Shown here in pieces: positions 51,838 to 64,000 of a DNA stretch of 64,000 bases. Under the pieces are notes generated by a model. That model was not told the DNA's origin. It ran no database searches and saw only the letters and a list, made by a program, of their open reading frames with translations. A program made the position numbers and the translations under genes. Source of the DNA: Zootoca vivipara (Eukaryota). The first letter of the stretch is position 1. Each line of letters starts with the position of its first letter. The stretch spans positions 31,062,001 through 31,126,000 of the forward strand of contig NC_083292.1 of NCBI RefSeq assembly GCF_963506605.1, in the 5' to 3' direction.

Positions 51838-52859
51838 AAGGAGACTTGGGGGAGGGGGGGCAGGCACATAAATAATTTTTTAAAATCTAAAAATGACTCC
51901 ACTACAGATGCAGGCTCAGAAAGATTCATCACATTTAGTCACCCAAAAGATTAACTGGCTATGCCATCATCAAGCACCCTTTGCCTATCTCCACAAAGGA
52001 TGCTCCTTTGCACCCTATGTAAACACAGGGTTGTTTTTACCAGTGATGGAATGAGTCACTACTAAGCTCATTTATATTCCACCTTCCCCACCATGGTGCC
52101 CAAAGTAGCTCACGACAAATGTCCATGTTATCAAAATACCATCAGGTGGTACGGAGAAATGAAGTTAAAAAACTAGCAGTAAATTCCAAAAGGCAGCAAT
52201 TCAGCAAACATAGAATAAATGTAATGCTATGGGTGAAATCTGGACAGTGCAAAATAAAAAAGGAAGCTAGTTGACATCATTATATTACTATTATTATTAA
52301 TTACTTTCTTGTGATGTCACCTTTTAAAAAATCTTTGCTGGCACTTTTGTCAATATAGGAGTGCCTGCACCTCTCTTTCTTTACCTCTCCCCCCCCCCCG
52401 CCCGCAAAAGCCACCCATTTATTTTATTTTCTACCCAGCCCTTCCTCCCAAAGTAGCCCAGAGCAGCAACGAATCAAGTGGTAAAACAATACAATTTAAA
52501 ATAAAAACCTGTAGAAGATAGAAAAAGTGTGGTATGTCTGTTGAGGCACCCTGCACCCCAAGGGGGCTGATAAAAAAGTGTGTGTGTCCCCCCCCTTAAG
52601 ATTTTTCCACCTTTTTCTCCAAAAAGCAAACTTATTTCATTCCCTAAATCGTTTTGAGGTTGGAATTTGGTGTGTGTGTGTGTGTGTTGGGATTTGCCAC
52701 TTTCAATTATTCACAATGCTTTGCGAATACGTGTGTGTTTTATCTATCTTGGTGATAAATCTTTAGCAATGGACACCTGGCTTCCCCAGGCAAGGCAAGC
52801 CGGCTCTCGCCTCCTGAAAACCTCTGCCCCAAAACCACCCCCTCCCTCCCTGCTCCATT

Positions 52860-53312
52860 TCCCACCCCTACCCCCAAAGGGTTAACACCCCCACCGCACC
52901 TCGCTTGCGTCTCCCCGGGCTACGCTGGGGCTCCATCTGTCTGGTGGCGAAGTGGTACCGCCTGGGCAAGGAGGAGGTGGGTGGGTTGTCGGGCGAGCTA
53001 TGAGTGAAGGTGGGGCAGGCTGACGGTGGGGTAGGGTGGAGCGGGGAGGCTTCACCTGCCCGGGGCAAGCCGGCAGCCTCAGCACCAGGAAGGGAGGAGG
53101 AGGAGGAGCTGCTGTTGCTGCTGCTGCTGCTGCAGAGAGCGAGAGTGAGTAACTGCAGGGATGCTCGGGCGGGTCCCAGGGCTGAACGCTGCACTCCCCC
53201 CCCCCAACCCCACCCTAGCACCTTGCATCCTTGCACCCTAGCACTTTGCAGGGAAAGGGAGGCCTGGGGTTTGTGGGGAGGGGAGGCTGCTCTCCAGTGC
53301 ATTGTCTGCAAG

Positions 53313-53348
<36 letters not shown>

Positions 53349-53480
53349 GCAGAAGCAGGGATGGTTGTGTCGGTGGAGTGGCTTCTGCCTATGCAAAGCA
53401 GCGCAGGCGCCGCCGTTGCGAAGCATGTTGTTTACTAGGGAGCAAGTCCCGTCGCTTTTAGTGGGGCTGCCGGCTTCCAG
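52860..53480 (+). promoter_or_regulatory. GC-rich candidate promoter / non-coding first exon(s) of KCNK4
   Basis: GC/CpG-rich with (GAG)n/(CTG)n tracts. Strong donors at 53145 (gtgagt) and 53481 (gtacgt). NRF1-like GCGCAGGCGC at 53401-53410. No in-frame ATG could be joined to the next exon. Confidence 0.45.
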
Positions 53481-53778
53481 GTACGTACCGTATGCAGCAG
53501 CCACATGCCAAGGGGATGCTGCCTTGTGGGAACAGGGTGGCGAGGGAGCGTGCGGGAGAGGCAGCAGCGCAAGACTGACATAGGCTGAGTCAGCAAAGTT
53601 GGGGGCTTGGAGCAGGGTAGGGGTTTGTGGGTGAGAAAGAGGCAGGCGGAAAGGAGCACAAGTGTGTGAGGGTTAGAGAGGAAGTGTCGGAAATAGTGAA
53701 CCTTTAACAGCGTCTGGGGCAGTGCAAGCGTGTGCGTGGGAGGGACAGGGGAAAGTGATAGTGCAAGACAAACAGGCT

Positions 53779-53921
53779 NNNNNNNNNNNNNNNNNNNNNN
53801 NNNNNNNNNNNNNNNNNNNNNNNNNNNNNNNNNNNNNNNNNNNNNNNNNNNNNNNNNNNNNNNNNNNNNNNNNNNNNNNNNNNNNNNNNNNNNNNNNNNN
53901 NNNNNNNNNNNNNNNNNNNNN
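53779..53921. other. Assembly gap (143 N)
   Basis: Run of N. Confidence 1.
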
Positions 53922-54177
53922 TATATCTGTGCATGTGTGTTTACATGCAAGGTTGATTTGTGTATGTAAGGAGAAACCAGTGGGATGGGACACTACAAAT
54001 ATGTGTGTCTGTATGTTATGAAATGAAAGCATAATCAATGCACATGCATGCTCTCTTTCTTTCTCTCTCACACACATACATACATAGAGCATGTGTGTTG
54101 AAACTGACAAAGAGGATGTGAAAAGAGGGAGAGGGGAATTTTGTGTGTGTGAGAGAGAAGTGCATGGGTGTGAGTGC

Positions 54178-54215
<38 letters not shown>

Positions 54216-54764
54216 AAAGATAGTTGCATGCCTAACACCAGGGATATAAATTGCAGGGTTCTGGGAAGGATAGCTCTGTGAGGGGCAAACTACAGTCCCC
54301 AGGATGCTTTGGGGAAGGAAGCCATGTTGCTTTACATGTATGGTACACAGAGCCTCAGTCGCTAACCTAACCTACCTCAAGGGCAGGTTGTGTGTATAGG
54401 AGAACCATGTATGCCACCTTGAAGTCCTTGGAAGGATGAATAACTAACTAGAGGGGAGCAAGGGATAAACACCATATAGTGATTAAAAAAACAACAACAC
54501 ATGGAGATTGTGAGTACGTGTAGACGCCGATTTCTTTCCACACACATCTGCATCTGAAATGTGGTGGCATCCCATAAAGTCCTACTCAGGGCAGACCTGC
54601 TGGAATCAATGGGTTAGTCGTGGACATGGATTTCAACGGGGCTACTCTGAGTAGAGCTTACTTGGACACAACCCAAGGCTTGTAGAGTCCAGCATCCTGT
54701 TCTCACAGTGGCCGAACAGATGCCCCAGTGCCAAGCCCACAAGCGGCCTGAGCGCAACAGCAGC

Positions 54765-54941
54765 CAGGGCAGTCTCGAGCAGGTCGGGCGCCCTGGCGCT
54801 GAGGCGCGGAGATCGCTCTGACATCCCTGCCCTCGCAGCGCGCAGCATGGCTTCCGCGCGGCTTTGCCGTGCAGCGCCCCACCTGCCAGACCGGCGCCCT
54901 GGCACCCCACGCCACCAGGACTATACCTAGAGCCGGCCCTG
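54765..54941. mobile_element. CpG-rich hAT-type MITE
   Basis: cagggc...gccctg termini; near-perfect 8-bp TSD acagcagc/atagcagc. Confidence 0.7.
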
Positions 54942-57455
54942 ATAGCAGCTCTCCTCTGCTGTGATTCCCAGCAACTGACACTCAGAGGCACATACTGCAC
55001 ATGCCTCTGACAGTGGAGGGAGAACATATAGTCTTCTTGTTCTTAATGAATTTGCCTAATCCTCTTTGAACACCACCCAGGTGGGTGGCCATCACTGTCA
55101 CTTATGGGAAGGGATTCCGTATTTTAACTAGACACCAACCTAAGCCTGCAATCAGCTCCCACCTGCCTGCCCTCTTCACTTAAAAACCAAGCAGGAGATG
55201 GGCCGGCTCATTGTAGGCTCTGGCGCCACCTGCTGTTGAGCTCCCAGTCTTCCACCCTACCAGTCCTGGCGGGCTACAACCTGGTCACCACTGGTCCATT
55301 GAGTCCACCACTCTCTAAACTGACTGGCAGCATCTCTCTCCCATGTTTCAGACTGGGGTCTTTTATGGCCCTGCCTGGGCACTTTGGGGACTGAACCTAG
55401 GACCTTCTTCATGCAAGGCAGGTGCTCTACCCTTGAGCTGCCACCCTTCCTGTTTTGTCTGGGTGCAAATGAGCGATATCCCGAGTAGGTATGTAAGAGC
55501 GATGGTGAGATTGGGAGTAAGGGATGTATAGCAGAGGTGCTCTATGTTATCAACAATGGGTGTATAAATGTTGTGTGAAGGGGAAATGGAGTGCAACACC
55601 TGTGGCCATATGCCTCAAAGATATGCAGCTGGTAGAGCACAAGGTTCTTAATCTCAGTGTTTTGGGTCCGAGCCCTGATTTCTGCATTGCAGGGGGTTGG
55701 CACAGATGACCCTCGTGGTCCCTTCCAACTCTGCAGCTCTGTGGTTCTGTTATTCTACAGCGCTGTACCAAGGGTGGGCCTACCCTAGCAAGCTTCCATG
55801 TTGCACAGAGCACTTCTTCGGGCAGGATGGACAAATACCTCTTTTTCCAGGAATGGCAGTGGAGAGTCTGTTTTCTGCTGCCCCCTCCGAAAATGCATAA
55901 CCCCCTTTCCTTGATCGACAATTAGTGGCAGGTACACTGCCCTTACCAAACAGCCTTCCCCTGGTTTCAGTGACCCCCGCCCCCATTCCAATATATACTA
56001 TGGGAGAGGTAGATCTGGGGAACACAGGTGTGGGGAGGTGCTTGTCCCTGGCAAAATCCACACAAGCACTTTGCATCCATCTTTGGTTGGTTGGATGTGC
56101 CTGGGGAGTTGGGTCTTGGAGAGAGGGTAGTGTATAATTGAATTGTCTTCAGTTTAATTGGAGCCATCCTTGGGATCTTGGGGGTTGGCAGGGGGCCCAC
56201 TGCACCGCAGACATTACCCTCAGCGCAGTGCTGGGAAGGGCTACCAGCTGCTACACAGCAACCCCCCCCCCCCAGATCACTGCAATAAAAGGACCAACCC
56301 ATTTGTGTAGCGACCATGTCAGGACTACAATCGGTGGCCTTGAAGGTGAGTGTATAATGCCGGTGGGGGGGAGGGCACTGGGAAGAATGCGGGGGGGGGG
56401 AATCATAGGCCTCCCCCATCCCTTGCACCCATCACTGTGAAATTTCCCCCACTGTGAAAGAAAGTGTGCCCCAGATACAGAGTGGTGGAGTCTCTTTTCT
56501 CCTTCGTCCCGGCATGTTAATACCAGACACCTTCGTCCCTTGGGCTGAGTTTGCAAATGCACTAAGTTTTGGGAGAGCTGCCTTGATTTGTTCCTGCTCT
56601 GCATTTTCTGATTTTGCCGGTCCGTCTTTGACCCTTCTTTGGGGAACAGCAATGAGTGAGTGGGCAGTTCCTGGGCATGCGGACCTCCGTACAGGACCCG
56701 GTGGGGGTGGTATGAGACAAGCAGGATGGGGGATCTGTGACTTTTGATGTTTTGTGAATACAATATTTCATTCTTAGGGTTTTCCTTCTTTTTAAGAACT
56801 CTTAACTAATACAGTGTCCATGCATAGATCAGGAATAAGATTTGCAATTTTTGCAAATAGCCGGGGGTTTTTTTTGGGGGGGGGAGCTTAAGATCTGCAA
56901 TGTAACTAGAAAATGAGTGTGCATTAATAGGAAGTGTCTGTTTCTGCAGTTCTTACACTCAGCCATTAAAAAAACCAAAAGCAAAAACCTGCAACATAAC
57001 ATTTCCCCAAGTCTCAAAGCTTTTTATCTGTCCACTTGGAGGAAGTTAAGTTTTGTTGGGTTCTATGTGGCTTGCTTACTCCCAAGTGAAGTGGCGCAGG
57101 ACTGCAACATTCAATATTTGGGGTGTTACTTTATTGCTCCAGGTTTGAAATCAAGGTTTATTGCAGGGATAGGGAGAAGAGGAAGAGTTGAAGTACTGCA
57201 CATTGGTTGCTTCTGTAGGGAAATTTTAGGAGGGGGTGAAACAACATACCATTCCCAGTTAGCTGTACACAGAGAAGAAGTGGGAAGTGTGGAGTCTACA
57301 TGGGGGAAGCATAGCCTGGGGTGAAATGTTGGGGAGTGGGTGCTTTGTTTTCTACTCTTCCACCCAGCCTAGGCGCTGGGAGCAAGCTGAGCAAAGAGAT
57401 TATGGGATAGCTCGAGCCCCTACCCTAGAAGACCCAAGGAAGGAATCATTATAAG

Positions 57456-57801
57456 CAGGGCCGGATTTAGGTTTGGTGAGGCCCTAAGCTACTGAAGGTA
57501 ATGGGGCCCTTTATATGTCCAGCTGTCCTTTGTTAACAACAAATTGTCGCTGTTTTTTGTGTTAAATATATGCTATATGGTAATTTATGGACCTAATAGG
57601 TATCTAAAGCCATTTGCACACAATAAATAGGAGCCTACACAACACAAAACACTGTTGCTGTATGTAGGTTTTATTTTATTGGTTTTTTATCTTATATTTT
57701 GGAAATGTACACCCAGGTTTTGTTTTTCTTTAAAAAAAAATTGGGGCCCCCAAGAGAGTGGGGCCCTAAACTATAGCTTGTTTAGCTTAAACCCGGCACT
57801 G
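57456..57801. mobile_element. hAT-type non-autonomous element
   Basis: TIR cagggccggattta...taaacccggcactg; 8-bp TSD attataag. Confidence 0.85.
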
Positions 57802-58339
57802 ATTATAAGGATGAGTCTGTGCTCAGTTTGGGGAATATTTTTTTTTAAGTTTTGTTCTGTGACCAGGAACAATCTTGTTTTTAAACGCCGCAGTTCCCCT
57901 GCTGTATTCATAAAATCAGAATAACGTTTATTGACGAGACTGCTCAATGCTAAGTTGTTTGGGTCAATATTTCTAAGGTTAAGAAATATCACGTTTCTGC
58001 TGATTTAAAGGGGTGGGAAGATATTAGACTTAGGCTGTGCACGCACCATACAGTTAAAGCACATTGCTCCCCCCCCCCCAAGAATCTTGGGAACTGTAGT
58101 TTGTTAAGGGTGCTGGGAATTTTAGTTCCGAGAGGGGTAAACTACGGCTCACATGAAAGAATGTGTTTTAAATTCTGCCTGTATTGGGGGACAGGAGGAA
58201 AGAGGGAACTGCTCTCCCTTTCTAAGCCATGGCATCTACGTTCTGGCATCCTGGATCCGAACCATGCTGTGTCTAATGGAGTGTTCTGTACCCAGATGCG
58301 CCCAGCAAGGGATGAAGGCAATAGTCCTCATCTGATCTG

Positions 58340-58480
58340 CCTCTCAGTTGGTTAGAGCACAGTGCTGATAACAACAAGGTTGCAGGTTCGATCCCCGATA
58401 TGGGACAGCTGCATATTCCTGCATTGCAGGGGGTTGGACTAGATGATCCTCAGGGTCCCTTCCAACTCTACAATTCAATG
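58340..58480 (+). mobile_element. tRNA-head/CR1-tail SINE (Squam2-like)
   Basis: A and B boxes followed by gggggttggactagatgatcctcagggtcccttccaactc. Related tails occur elsewhere in the window. Confidence 0.65.
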
Positions 58481-59215
58481 TTTCCTGCTTCCGGTGGTTT
58501 TGGAAGCAGGTGGTTTTGGAGCGCCCTTGAACCAGAGGTCTTGAACTGCATGCGCATCATAAATTCAAAGCTTATGTAAAGTAAACCACCACCACCACCC
58601 AAAACAAAAAGAATCACAGGAACTGTAGTTTACTCCTCACAGAACTATCTTTCCCAGCATCCTTAACAAACTACAGTTCCCAGGGGATCAAGTCTGGCTT
58701 GATGGGCACCAGCCACCACCGGGGGGCGCTGTCAGTGCAGAAGCTGGCTGGCCACCTGGTCAGGGATGCTACCACTGCATCCTGCATTGCAGATTCTGCC
58801 TTGAGCAGCAGGGAGCGACGACTAGACCCCAAGACCCCTCCCCACTTTGTGATTAGTCAGCAGCACAATTCCCCTGCTGCTGAATCTGCCACAGCTTCCT
58901 TTTTCCAAAAGGGGTTCAAACTAGTAGTAGGGGGTTCCAGAGGCTAACGGCAGAGCCGTCTTCTGAGAATGTGTCTCCTTTTCAGAGTTGTCAAGGATAG
59001 CGACTATGAGTTCTAGGGATTAGCAACAGACCCATATTCCATGGACTTGTCTCCTCCTTTTCTCCCGCAAGCTGTCCTAGCTAGTGGTAGGAGGTTCCAG
59101 AGCTTAACAGTGTGAAGTACGCCCGTTTTGTCAGTCCTCAAGGGGGCGATCCCGAGACTTTTAAGGCATGATGTAGACTGGGGATTTTGGGGTGGAGCAA
59201 GGTGGACTCACCCTG

Positions 59216-59305
59216 TTCTTCTTCTTCTTCTTCTTCTTCTTCTTCTTCTTCTTCTTCTTCTTCTTCTTCTTCTTCTTCTTCTTCTTCTTCTTCTTCTTCT
59301 TCTTC
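59216..59305. repeat. (TTC)~30 microsatellite
   Basis: Directly visible; ends ~17 nt before the KCNK4 acceptor. Confidence 0.95.
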
Positions 59306-59322
59306 TCACCCCCCCCCCACAG

Positions 59323-61551
59323 TGAATTATCCTCCACCGCCTTTACCCCCTGCCATTTGCCCCCCCGACCATCATGGCTCTATGCCCGTAGTCTGCTACC
59401 CGTCCAAGGAGTCTATCTTGAGCCCACGGCCGCAGGAGAGCAACACTGTGATGCGCCGGACCACCGTTTTGGCCCTCTTCTCCGTGGTCCTCATTTACCT
59501 GGTCACAGGTGCCTTCGTCTTTCGCCAACTGGAGCAGCCCTATGAGATCCACCAGCAGGGGAAGATCAAAGCCTACCTGGAGCAGTTTTTAAAGCTACAC
59601 CAATGTGTAGCCGCTGAGGACCTCGAGGACCTCATCCAGGTGAGAGCTGGAGGCCAAAAGGTTGGGGGAGAACAGGGTTCGGGGATGGGTTTGGACCCAG
59701 AGGAATGGTGGGAGGAACCAGCTGGGAAACCACCAAAGGAAGAAGGCTCAGAGCCCAGGGGTTGGTGATGGGTAGGGGCGGCTGGGCAATACCTTGTTTT
59801 CAACATTGTGATACAGTATATCAACAGCTAAATATTGCGAAATAGCAATATATCACAATGTCCGAAATAAGGATGGAGCTATGTAGACGCATTAGCTGGC
59901 TTCACGGTTTTTCTTGCATCCTGATTTTTGCCAGCACCTGATTCGCTGCCCCCTGCAGAAGACCGGGCGTGGGGGGCTGAGCTGGCAGAGTTAATGGGGC
60001 TGCAGGAATCAAGAGAAGCATTGGCCGGCTTCACGGTTTTTCCCATGTTCTGATTTTTATATAGTCAAACCTTGGTTGTCAAACTTAATCCGTTCCGGAA
60101 GACCGTTCGACTTCCGAAACGTTCAACAACCGAGGCGCAGCTTCCGATTGACTGCAAGAGCTTCTTGTACTCAAGGGGGACCCACGTCAGACGTTCGGGT
60201 TCTGAAAAATGTTCCAAAACCACAGCATTTCTTTCTGGGGTTTCGGCGTTCAGGACCCAAAACGTATGACAACAGAGGTGTTTGGGAACCGAGGTTTGAC
60301 TGTGGGAACCGAGGTTTGACCATGATTCGCGATATATTGCCAGGTTGAAATGATGTAACCGATATCACAATATGGAATACCAAACCGGTTTTGAACGATA
60401 TTTTGATATATTTCCAGCCCTAGTGATAGGACGATGATAAGCAGGACCGTCTTAAGCGCCCCTGGCGCCGTGGTGCACCAAATCTCTCCGGCGCCCTCCC
60501 GCCCCGTTTCCCAGCGCGGTGGGCGCAGCGCACAGCTGCACAGCAGACCAGCCGGCCAGCGGGCGGGCACAGCTCGCGGCGCCCTCCTGGTGGGCCGGTG
60601 CCATGGTGCCCTGCGCCACCCAGCCTGCACGTAGGGCCAGCCCTGATGATAAGTGGTCACAGGGAGCAGACTGGGAGGAGGCGATGTCAGAAGCTGAAGG
60701 GGTAACGGGGCTTAGTGAGGTGGGAGAGTCCGTGGCAGAGAGCAGCTCAAAATCGGCAGCAGGAGAGTGGGGTGAGGGAGGCCAAGCGGCAGAGATGAGT
60801 CAGGCTGCTGAACAGCCACGGGGTCTCCCCCTCCTGCTGCGACATGCACCCCTCCCCACTGGTCTCCTGGAATCCAGAGAGGCACGAAGTGGGAGGAGCA
60901 GAGGTAGACACACAGGTGCAGTCTCAGATTGCTTGGGGAAAACCCAGGAGAGGAAGGCACTTACGGTAGGCAGCTGTGGGAAGGCGAGGACCCCTTCTGT
61001 CTCTACAACTGCCTCATTAGGGGCAAGATTTACCAGGACGAGTTGCTGTGCCTATTAGGCCTAGCACTCCTGTGCAGATCCTGTGGTTTCCCCCCCCCCT
61101 AATAAAGAGTTAGCTTTGCCTACTCCATTTGATTTGCTGCTGACTTGCTCCTGGCAGTAGCTCAGTGCACCTGCCTTGCCTGCAAATAATAAAACCAGAT
61201 TCAATCCCAGTCTCCAGGTAGGGCTGCGAATGTCCCCTGCCCGAAACCCTGAAGAGCCACTGCCAGCCAGTGTAGACAGTACTGAGCTAGATGGATCAGT
61301 GATCTGACTGTATAAGACTGCTTCCATGTGGGCGAAGGGGCCTGGCTCAGTGCTCTGGGGTTACGGCTGCGCTGGAACGCTGAGCCCCCAGTGGCTTTGT
61401 CCTAACCTTTTCCTGTGCCCTTCCTCTCAGCAAGTGGGCGATGCCATGGGCGTCGGAGTGGAGCCTGCCATCAACAGCACAAACGTCAACAGCTCGCACT
61501 GGGATATGGGCAGCGCTTTCTTCTTCGCTGGCACCGTGATCACCACCATCG
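59323..61551 (+). CDS. KCNK4: Two-pore K+ channel TRAAK, first two coding exons (59323-59639, canonical ATG 59451; 61431-61551); partial, continues past the window
   Basis: MRRTTVLALFSVVLIYLVTGAFVFRQLEQP (M1), cap cysteine HQCV, and WDMGSAFFFAGTVITTIG| (pore helix 1, with the filter split by a phase-1 intron). Downstream of GPR137 as in human 11q13. Confidence 0.92.
60062..60302. mobile_element. Tc1/mariner-type MITE
   Basis: TIR agtcaaaccttggtt...aaccgaggtttgactg, followed by a tandem duplication of the terminus. Confidence 0.7.
60442..60645. mobile_element. CpG-rich hAT-type MITE
   Basis: 8-bp TSD atgataag (60434-60441, 60646-60653). Confidence 0.8.
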
Positions 61552-61926
61552 GTATCTGGGGTCTGATGGGGAGGAGGGAGGAGACAGGGGGAAGGTGTGG
61601 CTGTCTCCCTTACTTTGCTACAGGGAAGCCTGGCAAAGGCTGTAGCGCAGTGTTTTGGAGCACGTGCCTTGCATGCAAAAAGGCCCAGGTTCAATCCCTG
61701 GTTTTGTCAGGTCTGAAACACTATGGAAAGCTCCTGCCAGTCCTGGGAGCCACCTGCGTGCATTTAGACACCCATTTCTTAATTTTTAAAAAAGAGGTTT
61801 TTGCCATTTATCTCTATGGTGGTAGTGCTGCTGCTGCTGCGCCCCACCGTAGGTCAGGCCGTGGATTTGATCATCTGTTTCATCTAGGCATACCTGCTGC
61901 TGATTTGCCACCACAACCCTCAAAGG

Positions 61927-62290
61927 TAACGCGGGTGGCGCTGTGGTCCAAACCACTGAGCCTCTTGGGCCTGCCAATTGGAATGTTGGCGGTTCGAATC
62001 CATGCGACGGAGTGAGCTCCCGTTGTTCTGTCCCAGCTTCTGCCAACCTAGCAGTTCGAAAGCACGCCGCTGTGGTAGGAAGGTAAACGGCGCTGCCGTG
62101 CGCTCTGGTTTCCATCACGGTGTTCCGTTGCGCCAGTAGCAGTTTTGTCCTGCTGGCCACATGACCCAGAAAGCTGTCTGTGGACAAGCGCTGGCTCCCT
62201 CGGCCTGTAAAGCGAGATGAGCACCGCAACCCCAGAGTCGCCTTTGACTGGACTTAACTGTCCAGGGGTCCTTTACCTTTTTTACCTTTA
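61927..62290 (+). mobile_element. Sauria SINE
   Basis: gcgggtggcgctgtgg head and (accttt)n tail. Confidence 0.85.
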
Positions 62291-62479
62291 CCACCCTCAA
62301 CCACCTTGCCCAGGAAAGTAATATTATAGTTTTCCAAAATATCTGCATCTAGGGAGGACCTCTTTAGGAGGAGGCTCACCACCGCCTCTTTCAAGGCAGA
62401 AGGCGTAGCTCCTTCCAACGGCACAGCATTCACTCATCCATTGAATCTATCCAATCAGTCCCCTTCTGTTAGATTTGGC

Positions 62480-62820
62480 CCAGGTGGCGCTGTGGTTTAA
62501 ACCACTGAGCCTAGGGCTTGCCGATTAGAAGGTCGGCGGTTCGAATCCCTGTGACGGGGTGAGCTCCCGTTGCTTGGTCCCAGCTCCTGCCAACCTAGCA
62601 GTTTGAAAGCACGTCAAACTGCAAGTAGATAAATAGGAACCGCTACAGCGGGAAGGTAAACGGCGTTTCCATGTGCTGCTCTGGTTTGCCAGAAGCAGCT
62701 TTGTCATGCTGGCCACATGACCTGGAAGCTGTACGCCGGCTCCCTCGGCCAATAATGCGAGATGAGCGCGCAACCCCAGAGTCGGTCACGACTGGACCTA
62801 ATGGTCAGGGGTCCCTTTAC
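62480..62820 (+). mobile_element. Sauria SINE
   Basis: Highly similar to the 34210 and 33594 copies. Confidence 0.85.
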
Positions 62821-64000
62821 TATGGGCAGGGATGAAGAGGGCATGCTGTTGGCCTCACGGCCATAATCGCCTGGTCCACATCCTCAGGTTGCAACAACTG
62901 AAGCTGACCCTGCAAGGTATAATTCATGAATGGTCCACAGCCCTTCAACGAGCCTGAATCAATTGTGGCACCTGGTTCAGCATGGATCCAAGTGTTATTT
63001 TGCCCTCAAAGGTGTTTGGCAAATCTCTCGCGGAGACAGAAGTCGTAGCCCAACATCTGGAGGGCCACACGTTCCCCATGCTAGGCGCATGTCCCAACCA
63101 ATCAGGGATCACATGCTAAATGTACTTCCCAAGGTGTAAAGTGGGAAGGTGGAACCTGTGGACTTTCCAGGTGTTGTTGGTTATTTGAGATAGCGCAGTC
63201 GGTACAGCATGCAACTTTTAATCTCAGGGTCATGAGTTTGAGCCCCACAGCCAGTCTGTTTATACTGAGTAGATTGCAGTCTCTTGGGAGTTGGACGTGC
63301 CTGAGCTAGATGGACCCCTGGTCTGGCTGTGTGTCTAGCTGCCTCCTGCATAACTGACCTAGGAGTGGGTATATCAGGGTGATCAATGGAGCCAGCTGGC
63401 TGCAGCTTCAAGACGGTGCCAGGGAGCCACACAAAGGATTTACAACCTGGGGCTGAGCAAAGAAGCTAAGAGGCTTTGCTTGCTTATTTTTGCTGGAGTC
63501 TGCAGGATTGGGACAGAGGCTGATCCAGGCATTTCTCCAAAAATTAAGGAAGCAGAAATGGAACAAGGGGGTTGGATTTTTGTGTGTGTACATCCTTGTG
63601 CAACATTATTATTTTTTGAGCCAGGCCTCGTCCCTGGAACAATGACTAGGGTAATAGTAAAGAAGCAAAGGTTTCTTCTGAGGATATGAAGAGTGCATCT
63701 TTCTTATCCCACAGAGTATTAAGGATGTAAGACCCATCTAGTCCAACACCCTGTTCTCACCGTGACCAACTAGATGCCTGTGGGAAACCCCCCAAGCAGG
63801 ACAGGAGTGCAATGGTACTCTTCCTGTTCTTGCTGCCTGGCAAGAGGTAGACTGCTTCTGAACTGAGAAGCTCCATTTCTTTTTTCATGGCTAAACGATC
63901 ACCTCCGTGAATTTGCCTAACCCCCTTTTAAATCTGTCTAAGCTTGTGGCAGTGAATTCCATAAGTTAGTGGTACGTTTTGGTACAGGTCTATTTTCTTT

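Noticed and set aside
53000-53480. Coding first exon for KCNK4
   Set aside because: The ATGs at 53000, 53361, 53391 and 53425 either reach stops or give the wrong phase for the 59323 exon.
58340-58410. tRNA-like sequence (also at 55625, 63190, 9238 and others)
   Set aside because: These are SINE heads: no complete cloverleaf, and they continue into LINE-derived tails.

Overview
Eukaryotic (vertebrate) genomic DNA, most likely from a lacertid lizard, judging by the Sauria/POM-type SINEs, a BovB insertion and Squam-type SINEs. The window is syntenic to human 11q13 (BAD-GPR137-KCNK4). Gene models built by hand from splice sites and exon phases, left to right: (1) a two-exon, AKR5-like aldo-keto reductase (+, 528-2802); (2) BAD (-, three coding exons, 9105-3931); (3) GPR137 (+, seven coding exons, 17117-26426); (4) a 12-exon, ~822-aa gene with clear CENP-F homology at both ends (+, 29058-47629); (5) the first two coding exons of KCNK4/TRAAK (+, 59323-61551, continuing past the window). 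The main finding is gene 4, a miniature CENP-F paralog directly upstream of KCNK4, mirroring CENPF directly upstream of KCNK2 on human 1q41. This suggests a whole-genome-duplication ohnolog that the human locus lacks. It keeps the N-terminal CENP-F domain and the C-terminal GLPEVVxKGFADIP Miro-binding motif, has an LC8-type TQT motif and a PDZ-like C-terminus, and lacks the CAAX box. Introns and intergenic DNA are dense in TEs (Rex1, L1, L2, RTE/BovB, SINEs, hAT and Tc1/mariner MITEs, a Helitron-like element, solo-LTR-like elements). Most ORFs in the supplied track are spurious. Homology calls come from recalled sequences, not from searches run here.
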